This document shows, in pieces, positions 27,976-37,609 of a stretch of DNA of 57,346 nt; position 1 is the stretch's first letter; each line of letters starts with the position of its first letter. Origin of the DNA: Armatimonadota bacterium (GTDB lineage: Bacteria; Armatimonadota; SYMT01). A program made the translations under genes and the position numbers. Location: assembly GCA_046292385.1 (NCBI GenBank), contig JBKBRF010000045.1, forward strand, positions 1 through 57,346, given 5' to 3'. The notes under the pieces are model-generated. The model had not been told where the DNA came from, searched no databases, and was given only the letters and a program-made list of their open reading frames with translations.

Positions 27976-28665
27976 TTATCCCCGGTAGGCCCGGATCTCG
28001 GGCCAGGTGCGGCCGGCGCTGAGCCACGATACGTCGGATGGCGCATGCGCCCAATCCCAAATAATGAGCTGGTCTATGGGGCCGTCGTGGTGGCCGTTGA
28101 AAGCGGCCCCGAGGTAGAAATTCGCCGAATTACCCGCGGGAGCGTTGAGGGTGGTGTTGAGTTGCTCCACGCCGTTGACGTAGCCCCGGATGTTTCGTCC
28201 TGAGTCCCGAGTGAGCACGATGTGATACCAGGTCCCGACGGCGAGCACTGGTCCGGAGAAGTTCCGGAAGGAGCTGCCCTCCGCATAGATCCGGAGGGCC
28301 GTGCTGTTCGCCTGGAGGAAAAGCCGGGCGGCGCCGTCGAGGGGGGTGCTTCCCAGGCACCAGATGCCCCGGTTCGCGGCGAGAGAATCGAATTTGACCC
28401 ACAGCGCTACGGTCCATTCGGGCCCGGTGAGGAGGTCGTTGACGCGACTGAGATACTCGCTATTGGCGCTAACGAACCAGGCGGCGTCACCCACCTTCCC
28501 GGCCGTGGAACCGACCGTGTTGTTGTCGGTGAGAGGACGCGCGCCGTACGACGAGACCCGGACCCCCGAGGCTTCTCCGAGCTCCCAGAGGCCGACCAGC
28601 CCGCGCAGCAGACGCGCCGGCGGCTGCTGCATTAACACCCGACGTAGCTGGAGGGAGCCCGGCAT
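27976..28665 (-). CDS. LamG/concanavalin-A-like tail protein
   Basis: WTVALWVK, TWYHIVLT, YVNG, GPIDQLIIWD. Confidence 0.8.
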   Translation of the reverse strand: MPGSLQLRRVLMQQPPARLLRGLVGLWELGEASGVRVSSYGARPLTDNNTVGSTAGKVGDAAWFVSANSEYLSRVNDLLTGPEWTVALWVKFDSLAANRGIWCLGSTPLDGAARLFLQANSTALRIYAEGSSFRNFSGPVLAVGTWYHIVLTRDSGRNIRGYVNGVEQLNTTLNAPAGNSANFYLGAAFNGHHDGPIDQLIIWDWAHAPSDVSWLSAGRTWPEIRAYRG

Positions 28666-28668
28666 CGG

Positions 28669-30045
28669 TTAGTCCTGCAGCACCTGCACGCGCAGCTTCA
28701 GGTCGCTGGCGCTGGCGTAGGTCGGTGTGCCGCGGGCAATCACCACTGCGTAGAGAATCCGGGCCGCGGAGAGCTTGAACGGCAACGCGATCGCGGCCTT
28801 GACCGCCACCGCGGTGGGGCCGAGGTCGACGTAGTCGGACGCCTGAATCGAGACCACCCCGAGCAGCTTGCCGATGTCGGCGGCGACGACGGAGACCGGC
28901 TGGTTGTCGGTGAGGGTGCTCCCCGTGGGGTCCGCGTCGAAGAAGGCGATATCCACCGCCGCCTTCTGGTCGGCTTTGTCGGTGAGGACGATCCCCTGGA
29001 GAATGCCGGTGCCGGCATCCGCGCGGACCACGTCCGCCAGGCTGAGCTTGCCCCCGATCACGTCTCCCGCCGCGTAGGCCGCCGGCACGATCGCCGGAAC
29101 CGCTTCAGCCTGCTTCGTGATCCCTACCGCGGTAACTTCCGCCATCAGCTCTCCCCCCGTCCCGATCAGATAAAGCGTGTCGAACAGCTCGTCCGTGAGC
29201 GGCGCGGGCCAGGCCCGCACGTCCGCCACGTGGCACCCGGCCGGCGCTCCCGCCGCGGTGCCCTGCCCGATCCCGAGCGTGCTCCCGAACTCCCCGAACC
29301 GCTGTGCCGTCGCGGCCGTCGCCGTCTCCAGGTCATCGACCCGGAGCGAGATCTCGTCGGCTGCCCGGCTCCAGCTCGCACCCAGCAGGAACCACTGGTC
29401 CGCGATCAGCCCGGAAATGTCCCGCTCCACCGTCGCCGTGCCGCCGCCCACCAGCGGCACCTGCCAGCACAGCGCCGTGCTGCCCGCCGGCTTCCACAGC
29501 TTCCAGCCCCCGGACTGGAGAAAGATCCGGTCCACTGCCTCCGGCACCCAGCCGCACCAGGCCGGGCGGATCCAGAGCGTCAGCGCTCCCTGGCTCCGCG
29601 TCAGATTCCGCTCCGCCGGCACCGCGAGCAGCGCGTCCGCCTGGTCCGCGCGGTAACACCAGTGCTCCCCGCCGCGCGCACCCGTCAGCCAGTCGTAAGC
29701 CGGCGCGTCAGCCGCTACGCTCTCACTCGCCCCGGACCGGTTCGTCCGCGTGGTCGTGCTCGGCCGGGTAAAGCTTGCCGGACCGGCGCCGGCCCGCAGC
29801 TCCAGCCCGCCCGCGAGGCGCAGCGTGAGCCCTTCCCACTGGCCGTACCACGCGCCCTCGTCCCAGCCGGCCCCCTCCACGTCCCACGCGAAATTCGTCT
29901 GGCTGGACTGGCTGTAGGGATCCCAGCCAGTGAGCGGCAGATTCCCCGCTCCCGCCGGCGCGGCCCCGCCTCCCGGTCCCGCGAACGGTGTCGCCGGCGG
30001 CCGGAACAGCTGGGCGGCCTCTGCGATCCGAAAGTCCAGCCCCAT
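28669..30045 (-). CDS. Tail protein, LamG-like domain plus separate C-terminal domain
   Basis: GALTLWIRP, WFLLGASW, ADVRAW; internal RBS and ATG at 29145. Confidence 0.65.
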   Translation of the reverse strand: MGLDFRIAEAAQLFRPPATPFAGPGGGAAPAGAGNLPLTGWDPYSQSSQTNFAWDVEGAGWDEGAWYGQWEGLTLRLAGGLELRAGAGPASFTRPSTTTRTNRSGASESVAADAPAYDWLTGARGGEHWCYRADQADALLAVPAERNLTRSQGALTLWIRPAWCGWVPEAVDRIFLQSGGWKLWKPAGSTALCWQVPLVGGGTATVERDISGLIADQWFLLGASWSRAADEISLRVDDLETATAATAQRFGEFGSTLGIGQGTAAGAPAGCHVADVRAWPAPLTDELFDTLYLIGTGGELMAEVTAVGITKQAEAVPAIVPAAYAAGDVIGGKLSLADVVRADAGTGILQGIVLTDKADQKAAVDIAFFDADPTGSTLTDNQPVSVVAADIGKLLGVVSIQASDYVDLGPTAVAVKAAIALPFKLSAARILYAVVIARGTPTYASASDLKLRVQVLQD

Positions 30046-30058
30046 GCCGCCTCACCCG

Positions 30059-32170
30059 CTAGAGGACCCGCCGCGCGCGGATCTCCGTCACCGTCTCCGC
30101 CTTCGTCGGCCGCCACCGGTGGCCCAGCGCCTCCGCCCGCAGCCACTCCGTGCCGACCAGCCCCGCCTGCTCCACGTGCTGGCACCGCAGCACCTGGCCC
30201 CGGTAGAGGTCCGGCGTGCCCGGCACGACCAGCTCCGCATGCAGCGGCACATCGTCGAGCAGGCTCCGCCGCCACGCCGCGATCAGCACCGCCTGCTCCA
30301 GCGAGACCAGCGGCTGGTTGTCGAGCCGCTCCCAGCGCCGGAAGCCGACAAAGCCCGGCCAGCCCGGCAGCCGCTCCAGGAAGTAGTTGAAGCTCGTCGC
30401 CCAGAAGCTGCCGCCGCGGCCGTCCCGCCCGGAGCAGACCACCGCGGTCTTCTGGCTCCGGTGCTCCGCGCGGTACCGGATCGACTTGATCCGCAGGTCC
30501 GGATCCGCGCCCTGCCCGTCGAAATTGAAGGAGACAAATCCGTCGGTGTAGCGAGCAGCCCGCTGGGACCAGATCCCCGTGGCGTCGACGAAGGTCTCCG
30601 TCTCATCTATGAGGTCGAGAGCCGCGTAGATTTCGGCCACCGACATCCCCGGCGACGGCCGCCAGCGCCGCTCTTCCGGCGGGCCCGCGGGGAGCACCCG
30701 GCCGTTGGCCAGGAACGCGCCGCGGCTGGGCGGCAGTCCCATCCGGCGCAGCAGGTAATGCCGCGCGGCATAGGTGCTCATCCCGTCCAGCGCGCGCCAT
30801 CCCTCATCCGCCGTCACCTCCGCGGCCCGCTGGTAGAGGTCGACCAGCTCCAGCTTGACGTCGGCGTCCCAGTCCTCGGTCGCCCCCGGCTCCGGCTGGA
30901 CGACGTACATCACCGCGCGATCGTGGAGGTCGAAGGTCCCGTCGGCCAGGAGGTAGCCGAGCTCGATCTCCACCAGGCGCCAGCCGTAGACGCCGGAGAA
31001 GGCTTCGTCCGGCTCCCAGAGCAGCGAGATCTCCCCGTGTCGCTGGGAGACCTCCTCGTCCTCGTTGAGGTCGATCGCGGTCACGTAGCCGAGGGTGGCC
31101 AGGTCGACCGGAGAGCCGGCGCCCGGCCGCAGCGTGGTCGGCCAGGAGATCCGGGTGCCGTAGACCTCCGGCGCGTCGTACCAGGTGTGGCCCAGCAGGT
31201 CGAGGGAGCTGCTCACCGAGAGATAGACCCGGTAGGCGCACGTCGCCGGCGGGCAGGGCACCTCCGCGATGCGCACGTCGGTCCCGTCCGGCAGGAGCAC
31301 GTCGGAGAGGTCCACCTCCGGCGCCGCCATGCGCGCCTCCAGGATCGGCAGCGGAAACGTCTGGTACCAGCTGTTGTCCAGGGTGAGCTGGTGGAGGCCG
31401 AACGCCATCTGGCAGGCCGCACCCTCCACGCTCAGCGTGCCCGCGGGGATCGAGATCGCCGTCTCGCCCCGGATCACCTCCCACCGCTCGCCCTGGTCGA
31501 TCGAGACGCAGAAGGCGCCGCGGCGGATCATCACCCAGACCATCACCTCGCGGCCCTTGGCGCTGATCGAGAGGTGCTTGACCTGCTCCCAGCGGCCGGA
31601 AGCCCGGGTCCAAATTCCGGCCGAGCGGGTGTCGGAGAAGCGCAGCGACCAGGCGTCGGAGAGGATCACCTCCACGTAGGCGGGGACCGTCTCCGCGTCG
31701 TGATCGTGGGGCAGCTGGGTGCGGCCGATCGTAAACGCCAGGTTCGGGTTCGCGGGGATCGGTGTCGAGTATTCCGCCCGCCAGACCTCATCCGCGGTGA
31801 CGGCAGTCTGGCAGAGGCGCAGCTTGCGCGGCGGCTCCAGCGGGCGCCACTGCTCCCACGCGCCGCCGAAGGTGTTCCACCGGGCCAGGAACGTGTCTTG
31901 CTCCTCCGTGCGCGGGCGCGGGCAGACGCAGGAGATCTCCGGCAGCACCATGAGCGCCGGCTCGAAATCGCCGGGGTGGGCCGGGTCCTCGCGGTAGCTG
32001 CAGGCGTAGCTCCACTCCTTGTAGGCGCGGCCGTAGCCGCCGGCGTCCCGCTCCACCTGGAGCCGCTTCGCCGGCACGTCCACGAGGTCGAAGCCGTCCT
32101 CGATCGCGTAGCCTTCCGCTCCCGCGGGCCACAACAGCACCCGCGCCGCGGGCAAACACCGGTCCGACAC
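30059..32170 (-). CDS. Tail/baseplate hub-like protein
   Basis: 703 aa, downstream of the tape measure gene; GAGGAGG RBS. Confidence 0.6.
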   Translation of the reverse strand: MSDRCLPAARVLLWPAGAEGYAIEDGFDLVDVPAKRLQVERDAGGYGRAYKEWSYACSYREDPAHPGDFEPALMVLPEISCVCPRPRTEEQDTFLARWNTFGGAWEQWRPLEPPRKLRLCQTAVTADEVWRAEYSTPIPANPNLAFTIGRTQLPHDHDAETVPAYVEVILSDAWSLRFSDTRSAGIWTRASGRWEQVKHLSISAKGREVMVWVMIRRGAFCVSIDQGERWEVIRGETAISIPAGTLSVEGAACQMAFGLHQLTLDNSWYQTFPLPILEARMAAPEVDLSDVLLPDGTDVRIAEVPCPPATCAYRVYLSVSSSLDLLGHTWYDAPEVYGTRISWPTTLRPGAGSPVDLATLGYVTAIDLNEDEEVSQRHGEISLLWEPDEAFSGVYGWRLVEIELGYLLADGTFDLHDRAVMYVVQPEPGATEDWDADVKLELVDLYQRAAEVTADEGWRALDGMSTYAARHYLLRRMGLPPSRGAFLANGRVLPAGPPEERRWRPSPGMSVAEIYAALDLIDETETFVDATGIWSQRAARYTDGFVSFNFDGQGADPDLRIKSIRYRAEHRSQKTAVVCSGRDGRGGSFWATSFNYFLERLPGWPGFVGFRRWERLDNQPLVSLEQAVLIAAWRRSLLDDVPLHAELVVPGTPDLYRGQVLRCQHVEQAGLVGTEWLRAEALGHRWRPTKAETVTEIRARRVL
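30756..30773. promoter_or_regulatory. Palindrome copy C, TAATGCCGCGCGGCATAG
   Basis: Perfect 14-bp core within a tail CDS. Confidence 0.6.
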
Positions 32171-32242
32171 TCGCTGCCCTCCTCACCTACAGGGGCGGCA
32201 GCGGCCCGGCACCGGACACGGGCTTGCCAGTCCCAGAAAAGC

Positions 32243-32276
32243 AGCAGACCCCCGAATGGCAGTTCGGGGGTCTGCT
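32243..32276 (-). terminator. Intrinsic terminator after the moron
   Basis: 14-bp stem AGCAGACCCCCGAA/TTCGGGGGTCTGCT followed by GCTTTT on the minus strand. Confidence 0.75.
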
Positions 32277-32362
32277 TGTCGCCACAAGAGCTGGCTGTCG
32301 TGCTGTCCACCCATCTACTCGCGGCGGGGCCGAGAGGTGGACACCGGTTTACGGCCGCCGCG

Positions 32363-33139
32363 TTACGTTGCGAGCGACTCGACCAGGGTGCTGCGATCAC
32401 TCCACGGGATTACATCCGAGAAGCGCTGCAGGTGCGCCAGGTCGTAGTCGCGAAGTCCTGGGCCTTCATCATCAATGACCGTGACACGCCGTGCCGGATT
32501 CTCAAGTTCGCTCAGATCCAACCATCGCAGGGTCACCTCGTTGGCGATCTGATGCGCGGATTGCGAGCGAGCTGGCACGAGCTGCACCCAACTGGTGGAT
32601 GATCTGCCCGACACCGCATAGGGAATGACGACTTCCCGTGTAGGAGTCTCGATCTTGACGTTCTCCTCATACGGGAACTCGTGTGCCTCAAGCAGCTCTT
32701 GGAACGACTCCTGGAGTTCTGGGGCCTGTACCAGCCGCTGGGTGTAGATCAGATCGCTCACGCGCAGCGCCGCTTGCCCCACCCGGAGCACCGCGTCAGC
32801 AATCTGCGGGATGCCATCGACACGCCGAAACAGTTCTCCGTTCTGGTGGTGCACCTCGAGTACGCGTAGCACGTCCTCCAGGAACTTGCGGCGACGGCGG
32901 GTCTTCCACGGGTCGATCGCCATATCCGAAAGCCAGGCGAACGTCTCCCCCAGATCGCTTACCTTCACCTGAGCCAGCTCGGGAAAGCCGTCCTCGCGTT
33001 CGACGTAGACGTCGATGGCGCCGCCGTCAGGGTAGCGGAAGCAAGTGCTTATCCGAAGCAAGCCCGGCGTGGGGGAGTCGACCTCCCGCGCAATTGGCAC
33101 GCACTTCAGAGTGCGCTCGACAGCCATCCAGTCCAACAT
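32363..33139 (-). CDS. DUF1828/DUF1829-like protein (moron)
   Basis: ISTCFRYPDGGAIDVYV...VSDLGET; restriction-endonuclease-like C-terminus (VIDD...VIPWS); TGATG coupling. Confidence 0.7.
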   Translation of the reverse strand: MLDWMAVERTLKCVPIAREVDSPTPGLLRISTCFRYPDGGAIDVYVEREDGFPELAQVKVSDLGETFAWLSDMAIDPWKTRRRRKFLEDVLRVLEVHHQNGELFRRVDGIPQIADAVLRVGQAALRVSDLIYTQRLVQAPELQESFQELLEAHEFPYEENVKIETPTREVVIPYAVSGRSSTSWVQLVPARSQSAHQIANEVTLRWLDLSELENPARRVTVIDDEGPGLRDYDLAHLQRFSDVIPWSDRSTLVESLAT

Positions 33140-33570
33140 CAGCTCCCCTCCGGATCGTGGAAGGTGCCAGTAAACGTGATGTTCGCCTTCTGGCAAAAGT
33201 CGTCGAAGATCTCGCGCGCGGTCTTGCCGGCCAGATCATTACGCGGACGAACATCCTGACCGATGTTGCTCCGCGGGCAGTCCGGTGTCTTGAGGGAGTG
33301 CTTGTGGTGGCGCCCGGCATTTCCGTGGACAGTCGAGTTTACGCAGAGCCGGCAGATGGGACCTACTCCATCCAGACGGACGTTGTAGGTCACCGCTCCG
33401 AAGCGTTCTCGGAACCGGCCATTCAAGACGATGGCATACCCTGCTTCGTTGAAGATCTCGACCCCGTCGAAAGCGAGGAAGTTGGCGTTCCGGGTGGGCA
33501 GGAATCGGATGTCAGCGTCGATCCTCTTGCCCGGAAGATCGCGCAAGTACTTGAACTCTTTCCGATCCAT
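33139..33570 (-). CDS. DUF6978-like small protein (moron)
   Basis: ICRLCVN..H...HKH...FDDFCQKANI pattern; GAGG RBS. Confidence 0.6.
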   Translation of the reverse strand: MDRKEFKYLRDLPGKRIDADIRFLPTRNANFLAFDGVEIFNEAGYAIVLNGRFRERFGAVTYNVRLDGVGPICRLCVNSTVHGNAGRHHKHSLKTPDCPRSNIGQDVRPRNDLAGKTAREIFDDFCQKANITFTGTFHDPEGS

Positions 33571-33714
33571 GGGTGCACCTCACGTAGCTGCGGCCCGTGC
33601 ACGAGCGGCCGCAGCCCAGTTGAGGAGCAGCCAGGCAGTTTCCTTCACCCGCCGACGCTTCTCGCCGAAATAGCCAACTTAAAGTTTAATACTTCGGCAA
33701 GAGGTGTCAGTCAC

Positions 33715-36606
33715 CTACCCGCCGCCCCGCCGATCCTGCTGGTAGTTCCGGAGCTTGCTGAACGCGCTGCCGATCTCGGTCCGGACCACCTCGGTGGCGA
33801 TCCGCTGGATCTCCGCCACGTCGTTGACGGTACCGACGTTGACGTTGACCTGCGGCGCCACCGTGACCCCGCCCTGCTGGGCCACGGGGCTCGCGGTGGC
33901 GCCCTTCGGCAGCATGCCGACCGGGTCCCCGCCGCCCATCAGGCGCTGCGCCTCCCGGTCCAGGTCGATCGGCGCCGGGTTCAGCGCGAAGCCGAGGAGC
34001 TGCTGGATCATCCGGCCGAAGTCGCCGCCCATCCCATCCGGCAGCACGCCGGCTTCCGGGCCGGAGCCGCGGACTCCGAACGGCGTGCCCGGCCGGGTGA
34101 GCATCGGCTGCCCGACTCGCTGGTTGACCTCTCCCAGCTCCTTTCGCAGGGAGACGATCTTCGCCACGATGTCGACGATAGTGGACCGCTGCTTGAACCA
34201 CTCGACCGTTCCCTGCTCCACCGTGGCCAGGCGCGCGCGCTCGGTGAGCAGGGTCTGCACCAGCAGCGCCTGCCGCTCCTGCGCGATCGCCATCATATCC
34301 GCCGCGCCGAAGCCGGCTTCTTTCCCGAGGCTGAACAGCTTGGACTGGACGTCGTCAGCGGCGTTGAGCCGGCTCACGTCGAAGAGTAGCTCGCGGATGC
34401 TCTCGCGTAGACCGGTGAGCCCGGCGGCCGTCTTGTTGATGGCAGCAAGGCCTTCCATCCATTCCTTCGTCCAGGGCGTCTGTGCCGCCACCAGCGCCGC
34501 CTGCGCGCCGTGGAGACGATTCAGTGCGGCGAGCTGGCCGAGCAGTCCCTGCAGCACGCCGCGGGTCGCCAGGCTCTGATCCCCCAGCCCCTCCGCGTAG
34601 CTCTGGGATGCCTCGACCACGGCGGACCACATGGAGACCTGCGCTTCCAGGAGATCCACGTGCTCCGCGAGCTGCTCCTGAATCTTCTCCTGGGCCTTCG
34701 CGGCATCCGTGGCGGTCGCGGTAGCGACGGCGCCGGCGGACCGGGTCATCCCGATCAGCATCATCTGCGGCGCCAGGTCGTCTTCCGCGGATCCCTGCGT
34801 ACGCGAGCCGGCCCAGAGCCCCTTGGCTATCCGGATCCGGTTGCGCTCGAAGTCACGCCAGAACGCATCCTGGGCGCTCGTGTCCCGGTTCCGGCCGGTG
34901 AACGCATCGTGCATCCGCTGGCCGAACGGGTCGTGCCGGAAGGGGTCCTGGCGGTTCCGTGCAGCGTCACGAGCAGCGCGCGCGGCGGCCGCGGTCCGCT
35001 CGTCCTCATCGAGAGAGTCGAACTTGGCCCTGCGGTGCATCCGCTCTGCGGGCACATTCCAGAGCGCATCCTCGATCCCCGTAGTGTCGATCGCGAACGG
35101 TCGCTGCCCGAAGAGCTCGACCCGGTTGAGCCCGTCGGCAAGTGCTAGGAACGACTCCATCAGGGTCGCGGAGAACTCCGCGATGGTGTTTTCGAGACCC
35201 AGGAAGAGCCGGGTGAAGAAGCGGCCGGTGTCCTCCGTAAAGTCCGAGATCGTCGCCAGCATGTCCGCAAACACGCCGGAGACGATGACCCGCACCTCTT
35301 CGAAGACCCGCACCAGCCCGTAGAAGGTGTCGACCGCGCCAGCGACCGTGACCCCGACCTGCTCCACCCAGGCGTGGATCGCCTTCGGATCGAGCATCTT
35401 CGCGAAGTCGATCCCCATCAGACCGAGCAACCGCTCTCCCACGGTCTGGATGAGCGCGATGATATTCAGGAGCAGGAGCCGGAAGCCGTCCGCAGCGGCG
35501 ACCTTCTCCAGCCAGGCGACGAACCGCGGCAGGTGCGCGGCGGCGCCGGCGATCGCGCGACCGACCGCGTCGAAGACCACGCGCAGGGTGTTGACCAGGC
35601 GCTCGTTTTTGAGCACGTCCTCCAGGACCGAGCTTACCTGCTCGAAAGCGGGCTTCAGCGACTCGAAGAGGACGGTGGTCGCCTTCATCGCCACCCGGCG
35701 CCAGTTGGCCACCATCGTGCTGAAGGCGGCGTCGAATCCGGAAGACGCGTTCTGCATTGCTCCGCCGAAGCGGGACTGCAGGAGCGCGATTCCGGCCGGC
35801 AGCAGCGCGTCCCGGTTCTGGGCCTCTCCGCTCTTGCTGAACTTGGCGCCGAACTGCTCCAGGCCCTCGCGGGTGATACCGACCGGAGCCATCTCGCTCA
35901 GGTCGAACATCCCGGCCTTGAGCTTGGCCATCGCGGTGACGACCTGCTCCAGCGGGATCTTGAGGGAGAAGGCGGTGTCGCCGACGAGCGACAGCATTTC
36001 CCGCGCGTCGAAGCCGAAGGTGAGCAGGGCCTTGCCGGCCTCGATCACCTCCTCGTCATCGAACGGGGTAACGTCAGAGAATTTGGAGAGGAACGCGTAG
36101 AGCTCTTCGGATGCCTGTTTGCTCTTCGTCATCGCCTCGAGCGAGGCGAGCACGTTCTCGCGGAAGCGATTGGCTCCGATCCCGAGCTCGGCAAACTGGC
36201 GCCCGCCGTTGAAGGCACCGACGCCGAGGCCCACAGCCCCGACAGCACCGATGAGGGCGGTGAGCGGTCCGCCGAAGTGATTGCTGATCGCCTGCGCCGC
36301 GGCGTTCCGGATCCCGGCAAAGGCGGTGCGTGCCCGCTGCGCGACCCGATCGAAGACGGCGCCGAGGCGACCGAGGCCCTGGCCGATTCCCTGGACCGCT
36401 CGTGCTACGGCCTGCGAGGACCGCCGGACGGCGTTGGCTACGCTGCCGAAGCCGGATGTGAGGGTGCGCGTCACGCGATCCGCTAGCGGTCCCAGGCTGC
36501 GCAGCACGCCCATGAACTCCGCCATCATCGCGCGGAGTTGCGTGAAGCCGTTCGAGTTGAACTGCGACTGGATCTGAAGTACGAGCTTGGTGAGCCGGCC
36601 GCCCAT
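33715..36606 (-). CDS. Tape measure protein
   Basis: 963 aa, Ala-rich and helical; FSDVTPFD.EEV..AGKALLTFG motif; follows the tail chaperone. Confidence 0.9.
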   Translation of the reverse strand: MGGRLTKLVLQIQSQFNSNGFTQLRAMMAEFMGVLRSLGPLADRVTRTLTSGFGSVANAVRRSSQAVARAVQGIGQGLGRLGAVFDRVAQRARTAFAGIRNAAAQAISNHFGGPLTALIGAVGAVGLGVGAFNGGRQFAELGIGANRFRENVLASLEAMTKSKQASEELYAFLSKFSDVTPFDDEEVIEAGKALLTFGFDAREMLSLVGDTAFSLKIPLEQVVTAMAKLKAGMFDLSEMAPVGITREGLEQFGAKFSKSGEAQNRDALLPAGIALLQSRFGGAMQNASSGFDAAFSTMVANWRRVAMKATTVLFESLKPAFEQVSSVLEDVLKNERLVNTLRVVFDAVGRAIAGAAAHLPRFVAWLEKVAAADGFRLLLLNIIALIQTVGERLLGLMGIDFAKMLDPKAIHAWVEQVGVTVAGAVDTFYGLVRVFEEVRVIVSGVFADMLATISDFTEDTGRFFTRLFLGLENTIAEFSATLMESFLALADGLNRVELFGQRPFAIDTTGIEDALWNVPAERMHRRAKFDSLDEDERTAAAARAARDAARNRQDPFRHDPFGQRMHDAFTGRNRDTSAQDAFWRDFERNRIRIAKGLWAGSRTQGSAEDDLAPQMMLIGMTRSAGAVATATATDAAKAQEKIQEQLAEHVDLLEAQVSMWSAVVEASQSYAEGLGDQSLATRGVLQGLLGQLAALNRLHGAQAALVAAQTPWTKEWMEGLAAINKTAAGLTGLRESIRELLFDVSRLNAADDVQSKLFSLGKEAGFGAADMMAIAQERQALLVQTLLTERARLATVEQGTVEWFKQRSTIVDIVAKIVSLRKELGEVNQRVGQPMLTRPGTPFGVRGSGPEAGVLPDGMGGDFGRMIQQLLGFALNPAPIDLDREAQRLMGGGDPVGMLPKGATASPVAQQGGVTVAPQVNVNVGTVNDVAEIQRIATEVVRTEIGSAFSKLRNYQQDRRGGG

Positions 36607-36671
36607 GGTGTGCCCTCTGCCCTATAGGGCGCGAGAGCAGGGGGAGGCGGACAGGGGCTTCGGGCTCTGGA

Positions 36672-36968
36672 CTAGCGAGCGCTCAGGTGCCGGCGGACCT
36701 TGAGCACGCAGAGGGTGCAGAGGTAGGCGGAGAGCAGCAGGCTGAGGATGGCGCCGAACCCGCTCCCGAACACAGACGCGACGGCGAGGACACCCCAGAA
36801 GGCGGCCCAGACGGAGAGCCACACGAGGCGGACGGTGGACTCGATCGGATCAGTCGAGCCTGGGGTTGCGGGCGGTTGATCTACCGAGCCGCTCCCATCA
36901 CACACGCTGCAGTCCTGGCCCTGAGTCGTCGGCCGCCCGCACTTGGGACACGGATGAATCGCCTGCAC
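36672..36968 (-). CDS. Small Zn-ribbon plus two-TM membrane protein (moron)
   Basis: CPKC...CSVC followed by two hydrophobic helices. Confidence 0.55.
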   Translation of the reverse strand: MQAIHPCPKCGRPTTQGQDCSVCDGSGSVDQPPATPGSTDPIESTVRLVWLSVWAAFWGVLAVASVFGSGFGAILSLLLSAYLCTLCVLKVRRHLSAR

Positions 36969-37117
36969 TACTGCGCACCTCCGACTGAGTGAACGTCTGG
37001 CTGTGTTGTTCGATGCGCCGCCGAGCAGGCTCCTCCCTGGCTATCGTGGAGGGAACCCACGGCTCTCGCACAAAGTGAATGATGCGGTATCTGCCGCCGT
37101 GAGAGGAAGGTTGGATT

Positions 37118-37297
37118 ATGGATCACAAGGCTGAAGAAGCAGTGCGTGGCGCGGTGATCGACGAGCTTATGAAGATCGTTACGAAGAGCGACGGAATTAA
37201 CTACAACACCAGGGCTCGCTTGGAGGCTGCGAGGCTCATCTTCTCGGCGACGCAACAGACGCCGATCCCTGCGAAGAATGAAGGCGACTCGTCCTAA
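37118..37297 (+). CDS. 59-aa antisense hypothetical protein (not in ORF track)
   Basis: GAGAGGAAGG RBS; MDHKAEEAVRGAVIDELMKIVTKSDGINYNTRARLEAARLIFSATQQTPIPAKNEGDSS. Confidence 0.6.
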   Translation: MDHKAEEAVRGAVIDELMKIVTKSDGINYNTRARLEAARLIFSATQQTPIPAKNEGDSS

Positions 37298-37333
37298 CCC
37301 GATGGGCCCGCGGGCAGGGGGCAACCTACGGCC

Positions 37334-37609
37334 TCACTGCCCGCGGTTGCGACGCTCCTCTTCCAGCTTTCGGCGGTGCTCGGCCTGGATCTCCGCCTCT
37401 TCCGCCAGGAGCCCGTCCATACAGGCCACGTAGAGCTTGTGCTGATCCGTATAAGCGCCGGGCAGGGGGAGTTGGTTCTTCTCCAGCCACGCGCGGGCCT
37501 GGAGCATCTGCGACTGAAGCGGCGTGAGCGGCACCGACCAGGCACCGCTCTCCGCCGCTCCTTTGTCTTCCACGCGCTGGCGGACCAGGCTACGCAGTCT
37601 CTTTACGAA
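37334..37609 (-). CDS. Tail assembly chaperone, frameshift extension (gpGT-like)
   Basis: Open +1 frame starting at the UUU-CGU site; LPLPGAYTDQ motif. Confidence 0.7.
   Translation of the reverse strand, partial: FVKRLRSLVRQRVEDKGAAESGAWSVPLTPLQSQMLQARAWLEKNQLPLPGAYTDQHKLYVACMDGLLAEEAEIQAEHRRKLEEERRNRGQ

Noticed and set aside
29003..29018. Palindrome ATGCCGGTGCCGGCAT
   Set aside because: Its spacing and centre differ from the five-copy motif; single and within a CDS
26441..30045. Diversity-generating retroelement or tail-fibre shufflon
   Set aside because: No reverse transcriptase, no TR/VR pair with adenine-specific mismatches and no repeated crossover sites were seen
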